IMG/VR virus record: IMGVR_UViG_3300029517_000186
DNA: 29,452 nt
Direction: 5' to 3' (one strand)
Source of the DNA: a virus
Lineage: Duplodnaviria > Heunggongvirae > Uroviricota > Caudoviricetes
Shown one piece after another: positions 25,004 through 29,452 of the stretch. The translations under genes were made by a program, and so were the position numbers. The notes under the pieces are model-generated. The model was given only the letters and a program-made list of their open reading frames with translations. It ran no database searches and was not told the origin of the DNA. Each line of letters starts with the position of its first letter. Position 1 is the stretch's first letter.

Positions 25004-25204
25004 TCATTTCATCAATTCTTCAACTTCCTGCTTTATCATACTAATTTCCGATAAATCATACTGCCCAATCATTTTCTCTAATTCATCAGGTAGTCCAGTC
25101 ATTTGCGATAAATCCTCAATAGCTCTTTCCATATGTTCATAAGCAAGATCCAAATTATTCCATACTGACTGCAAATTATTTTGTGTTTTATTAATTTGGC
25201 TCAT
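25004..25204 (-). CDS. Hypothetical protein
   Basis: 66 aa helical acidic ORF. Confidence 0.7.
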   Translation of the reverse strand: MSQINKTQNNLQSVWNNLDLAYEHMERAIEDLSQMTGLPDELEKMIGQYDLSEISMIKQEVEELMK

Positions 25205-25214
25205 TTATATCACA

Positions 25215-25424
25215 TCAATCTCCTATTAGCCAATCTCTTCCATCACAAGATTTGTGTTCTTGGACAATTTCATCAGTTAATTTTATATTTTTAAAAAATC
25301 CACTACCAATTGCTGCACAACCATATGAACAATATTTATCTGTAAACCCAGTTCTTACAACAATAATTGAATTTTCAAGTAATGACTTGCCACATGTAGA
25401 ACATTCCATATATCTTTCCATCAA
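25215..25424 (-). CDS. Small metal-binding (TRASH/zinc-finger-like) protein
   Basis: CSTCG...YCSYGC; GAGGTG SD. Confidence 0.7.
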   Translation of the reverse strand: MMERYMECSTCGKSLLENSIIVVRTGFTDKYCSYGCAAIGSGFFKNIKLTDEIVQEHKSCDGRDWLIGD

Positions 25425-25431
25425 TCACACC

Positions 25432-25599
25432 TCACTTCATTACCGACACATCAATGATATTGAATCCTGCATCTTCAAGGTCCTGTTCGACACAATATTT
25501 CAATGTTTCTTCTGACGATTCATTATCATAAAATTTTCCTTCAACTTCTACAATCAGTTTTGCCTTTATCTTATTTACCTTATTCTTTAATATTTTCAT
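25432..25599 (-). CDS. Small hypothetical protein (55 aa, not in ORF track)
   Basis: MKILKNKVNKIKAKLIVEVEGKFYDNESSEETLKYCVEQDLEDAGFNIIDVSVMK. Confidence 0.7.
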   Translation of the reverse strand: MKILKNKVNKIKAKLIVEVEGKFYDNESSEETLKYCVEQDLEDAGFNIIDVSVMK

Positions 25600-25611
25600 C
25601 CATTTCCCTTC

Positions 25612-25776
25612 CTATTTTATAGCTTCGCCTTTATAATTTACATGACATTCTTCTTGCAAAAATTCCTCCGTCTGAAGTTCCTGGCAAGTATATCCATTAC
25701 TTCTATATGTAAATCGCTGCATAAGATGTAACACTTCTTCATCTGTTCCAGTTCTTAGCTTTTCTAAATTAGTCAT
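25612..25776 (-). CDS. Small hypothetical protein (54 aa, not in ORF track)
   Basis: MTNLEKLRTGTDEEVLHLMQ...; GAGGTG SD. Confidence 0.65.
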   Translation of the reverse strand: MTNLEKLRTGTDEEVLHLMQRFTYRSNGYTCQELQTEEFLQEECHVNYKGEAIK

Positions 25777-26127
25777 TTATACCACCTCTTCCAATCTTCC
25801 AAGTAAATCATTTCTGACTTCTGTTAATGTATTAAGTCTTGACATCATACGAGCTTCATAATCTTTATCGTCTGTATTAACAATTTCACTTTCAGCTCTT
25901 TTAATCTCCTCATCAAGTTGATTAATATATTCTCTTATTTTTTCTCTCATGTCTGGTTGATTTTCATATTGATACAATTTCTCTAATGGTCCCTGCATCT
26001 CTTTATTAGCTTCCACGCTTGCTTCACCATACATAAACATTTCCATTTGGGGAGAATTTGGCAATCCCCATTTTATTTTTTGTATTAATTTATCTTTTAT
26101 CATTGCTATCGCCTGTTTATTTTTCAA
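25777..26127 (-). CDS. Hypothetical protein
   Basis: 116 aa, TTG start behind GAGGTG. Confidence 0.75.
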   Translation of the reverse strand: MKNKQAIAMIKDKLIQKIKWGLPNSPQMEMFMYGEASVEANKEMQGPLEKLYQYENQPDMREKIREYINQLDEEIKRAESEIVNTDDKDYEARMMSRLNTLTEVRNDLLGRLEEVV

Positions 26128-26332
26128 AGTATCACCTCAATCCGGTTAAATTTACCTATATTCTATTTCCTTATATTCTAAAAATTTTTAACACTGTACA
26201 AAGCCATTAATATTATTTCTCGAACCATTTCTTTATGTGGATATCTATCAATATTTATATACACTTAGAAAAAGTATGCTTTAAAATAATCACTCATTTA
26301 TTTTTTAATTAATTATTTTATTTGACTAATAT

Positions 26333-26530
26333 TTAATTACAATCATAATCATAAGAATACTTTTCATAGGATTTAGTGAATGTCTTTTCAACCTTATACT
26401 TTTTTCCACATATATCACATTCTTTTATAATATCAATCTGGCATTCTTCATTATTCATATAATTAATTTCTTTCTCAATGATTTCATCATCATTCCCATC
26501 AGAATGACCGCAAAATGGGCAACCAAGCAT
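26333..26530 (-). CDS. Zinc-ribbon small protein
   Basis: CPFCG...CDICG; GAGGT SD. Confidence 0.75.
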   Translation of the reverse strand: MLGCPFCGHSDGNDDEIIEKEINYMNNEECQIDIIKECDICGKKYKVEKTFTKSYEKYSYDYDCN

Positions 26531-26560
26531 ATTTAATACCTCTCTTTTCTTTTATTCATA

Positions 26561-26998
26561 TTATTTAATATATTCCTTTACAACTTCTGATGCAATTTTA
26601 CTGTCTAACAATGCTCCAAACTTGAGCTTAAGTGATTTCATACATATTCCCATATTCTTTTCAATATGAGAGTCTAATAAATATTCAGCAATTTCCTGCT
26701 TTGATACAGACTTAGGTAAGAAATTATTTACAACTGCAATGCTTTCTGTAAGCTCTGAAAATCTCTTTGGATCACTCTCGTTTGTAATATATGAAAGAGT
26801 ATCCTCAAGCTGCTTTAATTCCTTTCTTGCTGCTCTTATTATATATTCATCAGCAATTACATCACATTTATTTTCTTTTGCATCTTTCTGAGCCTTGTCT
26901 AATATATTCTTGTATACAGAATAATTAATACTATTTCTTGTTTCAATCTTCTCCTTTAAAGAAATTTTAATATTGTTTCTTAAATCATCAATTAACAT
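26561..26998 (-). CDS. YqeY/GatB-domain protein
   Basis: 145 aa helical protein with KELKQ...FLPK...EI...MGICMK.LK...D.KIASEVVKE pattern. Confidence 0.8.
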   Translation of the reverse strand: MLIDDLRNNIKISLKEKIETRNSINYSVYKNILDKAQKDAKENKCDVIADEYIIRAARKELKQLEDTLSYITNESDPKRFSELTESIAVVNNFLPKSVSKQEIAEYLLDSHIEKNMGICMKSLKLKFGALLDSKIASEVVKEYIK

Positions 26999-27035
26999 AG
27001 TGAATTCTCCTTTATATAATATATTTTCCTATACT

Positions 27036-27048
27036 ATATGACAGAAAA
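27036..27048 (-). promoter_or_regulatory. TTTTCTGTCATAT motif
   Basis: 23 nt upstream of AAGGAG; TGTCAAA starts 24 nt upstream of TGTCATA. Confidence 0.7.
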
Positions 27049-27180
27049 TTAAATAAATTATTTGACACAAAATATTTGTTTTCAATATCTTTTTTAATGG
27101 TTCTTGTATTTGTTTTTGTCATTTAATTATATACAATGCTAACAATTTTTATAGTATTAAATGATTTAAAAACGCATCAG

Positions 27181-27208
27181 AAAAGCCGGCTACAAAAGTA
27201 ACCGGCTT
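27181..27208 (-). terminator. Intrinsic terminator
   Basis: AAGCCGGTTAC-TTTT-GTAGCCGGCTT then TT; core shared with the terminator at 9907-9926. Confidence 0.75.
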
Positions 27209-27223
27209 AAAGATATTTATATT

Positions 27224-27487
27224 TTATTTTAATCCTGCATTATTAAATGCATCTGAATCACATTTTACACCATTAGCTTTTAAAGCACTGGATAAGCTAC
27301 TTTTAGTTGTATATGTAGTTCCTTTATATATTACACTTGTTAAATTAGCACATTTATTAAATGCGTACATACTTATAGTTTTTACACTATCTGGTATTGT
27401 TATCTCTGTTAAACTTGTACAATTATTAATACCTACAATTTCTGTTAAATTTGTACAATTTTTGAAAGTATCAGAATTTTTTATCAT
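27224..27487 (-). CDS. Minimal BspA/TpLRR-type (LRR_5) leucine-rich repeat protein, probably internally deleted
   Basis: NCTSLTEITIPDSVKTISMYAFNKCANLTSV repeat consensus. Confidence 0.8.
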   Translation of the reverse strand: MIKNSDTFKNCTNLTEIVGINNCTSLTEITIPDSVKTISMYAFNKCANLTSVIYKGTTYTTKSSLSSALKANGVKCDSDAFNNAGLK

Positions 27488-27519
27488 TTTATGTTTCCTT
27501 TCTTATTTTTTGATTTTCA

Positions 27520-28077
27520 TTAATTAATCTGCTCTTTTATAGCTTGATATAATTTGCTGGGAATTACATAAAAACCCTCTTGGTTTTCCATAAAATTATA
27601 AAAACGATACTCATTATTGTTATTATCATTAAATATAAAACTGCTTCCTGAATTAAAAGAAGTTTCATTACTTGTTTGAAGTTTTGTTCCATCCGGTAAT
27701 GTGTATGTAGTTATTTTGATATTCCATTCCTACATGTCAAATTCAGCATTTTCTCCATATTTTTCTTTTACTTCTTGATTAATAGTTTCAGGGTCTGTAG
27801 GACCATCATAAGAAATTGATTCAGTATTGATTGTTACCGGTAATGTATTGGCATTTAATAAAGCTTCAGCTTCTTCTTCACTGTTTATAACTATTTTGTC
27901 ATATTCTTTGTTATCAATATAAGTCTGATTATTGTTTGAAACAGTACTTTCCTCTGTAACTATATTAATTGGTTGTACACTATTATTAAATAATCCACAT
28001 CCTGATAACAACAGACAAATTGCCGGAAAACAAAAAAACATTTTTTTGCTTCTTTTTAATAATTGTATTTTACTCAT
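27520..28077 (-). pseudogene. Lipoprotein (185 codons) with an in-frame TAG at 27730-27732
   Basis: Signal peptide with lipobox LLSGC; the frame continues 69 codons past the TAG (EWNIKITTYTLPDGTKLQ...KEQIN). Confidence 0.7.
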
Positions 28078-28114
28078 TTTTATTTCCTTTCTTGTTTATA
28101 TTTTTCATTTATTA

Positions 28115-28185
28115 ATATGACAGAATAAAAAAATATTTAAATTTTTTATTCAGAAATTTAAATTGTTAAAGTTAATATGGCAGAA
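28115..28185 (-). promoter_or_regulatory. Tandem variant motifs TATTCTGTCATAT (28115-28127) and TTCTGCCATAT (28175-28185)
   Basis: First copy is 25 nt upstream of the AAGGA SD of the lipoprotein; second has TGTCAAA 24 nt upstream, as at 27036. Confidence 0.6.
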
Positions 28186-28262
28186 TTTTAAATTAAATTT
28201 TTGACATAAAAAGCATATATCATTAAGTGTGTATATTTTCAAGTAATATCAGTAATCTTGCC

Positions 28263-28587
28263 GAAGCTTTAAGTTACTAATCTATGGTTTGATGGGAAAT
28301 CCATATGTAAAAAAATAAGCATATGATCTGATATCCAAACAGAAGTATCTGAATGTCAGAGAAAAACATAAAATACCCTGTTAACATTAAGAGCTATACA
28401 TGTGTTTAGCAGTTTAATGTAACAGGGTATGGATTCCGTCATCTTCTATACAAGAATCAGATTGTATTTAGTTTTAATGTGGTATGTCAGGATGTAAATT
28501 CTAAAGTGCAAATTTAATACTATATAAGATAGCGGATCAAGTTATACTGAGTACAAGGTATAAGTGAATCTTCAAAGGTTTAGCTTC
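28263..28587 (+). ncRNA. Unidentified structured RNA, copy 2
   Basis: GAAGCT/AGCTTC closing helix; end blocks homologous to copy 1; long internal hairpin 28373-28430. Confidence 0.55.
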
Positions 28588-28763
28588 TTAATACATTCAA
28601 TACAAATATCTAAAATTTCATTTTTAATAACTTCCCATTCTTCTTCAGTTTCAATGCCATATTCTTCAAAGCCATTAGTTTCAATATTTTCGATTGTTCT
28701 TTTTTTGCTTTCTTCGAGAAAAAATTCGTTTTTGCTCCTATTGCAGATTTTATTTTACTGTAA

Positions 28764-29054
28764 TTAATAATCCTCATCGTAATCAAAAATTTCTTCCTGC
28801 TCATAAATATTTGAATTAGGATTTAATAATTGATATATAAGTGTTTTCTCTTGTAGGTCACATAATGCGTCAATAGGATCAACTCCTCTTAATATATCTC
28901 GCTTAAATTCTAAATCAGCTATTGAATCTTCAAAGCTATATCCATCAGAATCATCAGAATATCCTTTATGGAATTTTGCATTTGCCATTTCAACACTCAT
29001 TTTTCCTATTTCTTTTTTATAATTATTCAAATCATGAAACTCTTTATCTGTCAT
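28764..29054 (-). CDS. Hypothetical protein
   Basis: Start at ATG 29054 (MTDKEF) behind AAAGGA. Confidence 0.75.
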   Translation of the reverse strand: MTDKEFHDLNNYKKEIGKMSVEMANAKFHKGYSDDSDGYSFEDSIADLEFKRDILRGVDPIDALCDLQEKTLIYQLLNPNSNIYEQEEIFDYDEDY

Positions 29055-29104
29055 AACTATCATCCTTTCTTTTAGAATTAAGAATAAAATCATTTGTTGC
29101 TTTT

Positions 29105-29452
29105 TCAATACATGTATTTTATAGGAACATACAAAATTATATTTAATGTATTTTCGTCATAAGTTAAATCAAAGTTATTCGATTCAGAATATTTTATTTC
29201 ACTTAAAGGTAACTTATATTCAGAATATATACTGCTATTTTTTTTTAAATAAACAAGCTCTGTAAAATCTGATTGAAAATATACTTCTTTATTCATGTCT
29301 ATTTCTTGAATAACCTTTTTTAAAGCTATTATTTTATCCCAATATTCTGAATTTTTAATACCTATAACAGTAGAATCAATGTCTTTACTGATACATATAA
29401 ATAGGCTTAAATATATAAAAACGCTAAAACCTATTAATGTAATTATTGAAAT
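29105..29452 (-). CDS. Membrane-anchored hypothetical protein, 3' part only
   Basis: Frame open to the window edge; hydrophobic ISIITLIGFSVFIYLSLFICIS segment upstream of the tracked ORF. Confidence 0.65.
   Translation of the reverse strand: MSIITLIGFSVFIYLSLFICISKDIDSTVIGIKNSEYWDKIIALKKVIQEIDMNKEVYFQSDFTELVYLKKNSSIYSEYKLPLSEIKYSESNNFDLTYDENTLNIILYVPIKYMY

Noticed and set aside
122..27048. CTGTCATA as a Pho box (PhoB-type site)
   Set aside because: It matches one half-site only. Pho boxes are 11-bp-period direct repeats and no second half-site at that spacing is present.
27520..28077. TAG recoding (genetic code 15)
   Set aside because: TAG is a genuine stop for many genes here (4881, 5346, 13913, 16191, 17950, 22404, 25612) and long ORFs are intact in code 11, so a single nonsense mutation is more likely.
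124..28767. Plus-strand ORFs in the supplied track
   Set aside because: Nearly all are antisense shadows of minus-strand genes, lack SD sites and have Phe/Ser/Ile-rich shadow composition.
28610..28804. 64-aa minus-strand ORF
   Set aside because: It overlaps the upstream gene. The more protein-like frame (EESKKRTIENIETNGFEEYGIETEEEWEVIKNEIL) is different and has no start, so this is a remnant.

Overview
Very AT-rich (visibly well under 35% GC) accessory region of a large mobile element (jumbo phage or conjugative megaplasmid) from a Clostridia-like Firmicute, judged from the AAGGAG-type SD sites and gene content; there are no core replication, structural or recombinase genes in the window. 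About 68 mostly small genes all lie on the minus strand. Recognisable products are an NMN adenylyltransferase (NadM-like), a Lar-like restriction-alleviation protein, a YqeY/GatB-domain protein, a DUF551-like protein, YopX-like proteins, a BspA-type LRR mini-protein and a broken lipoprotein. Most of the interest is non-coding. (1) A degenerate 16-bp palindrome (about KDAAAY-N4-RWTYMV, e.g. TGAAATGCGAATTTCA) sits at about 20 sites in gene junctions, often containing the stop codon, and also forms tandem 'empty' micro-units; this suggests an integron-like single-gene cassette system with minimal att sites. (2) A 13-bp TTTTCTGTCATAT motif lies 18-25 nt upstream of the SD of operon-leading genes and is often fused to the upstream terminator. 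(3) Two copies of an unidentified plus-strand structured RNA have conserved, base-pairing ends and different interiors. (4) A 221-bp non-autonomous IS200/IS605-like element with an omegaRNA-like interior splits a gene, and a collapsed LE/RE hybrid of the same element occurs elsewhere.
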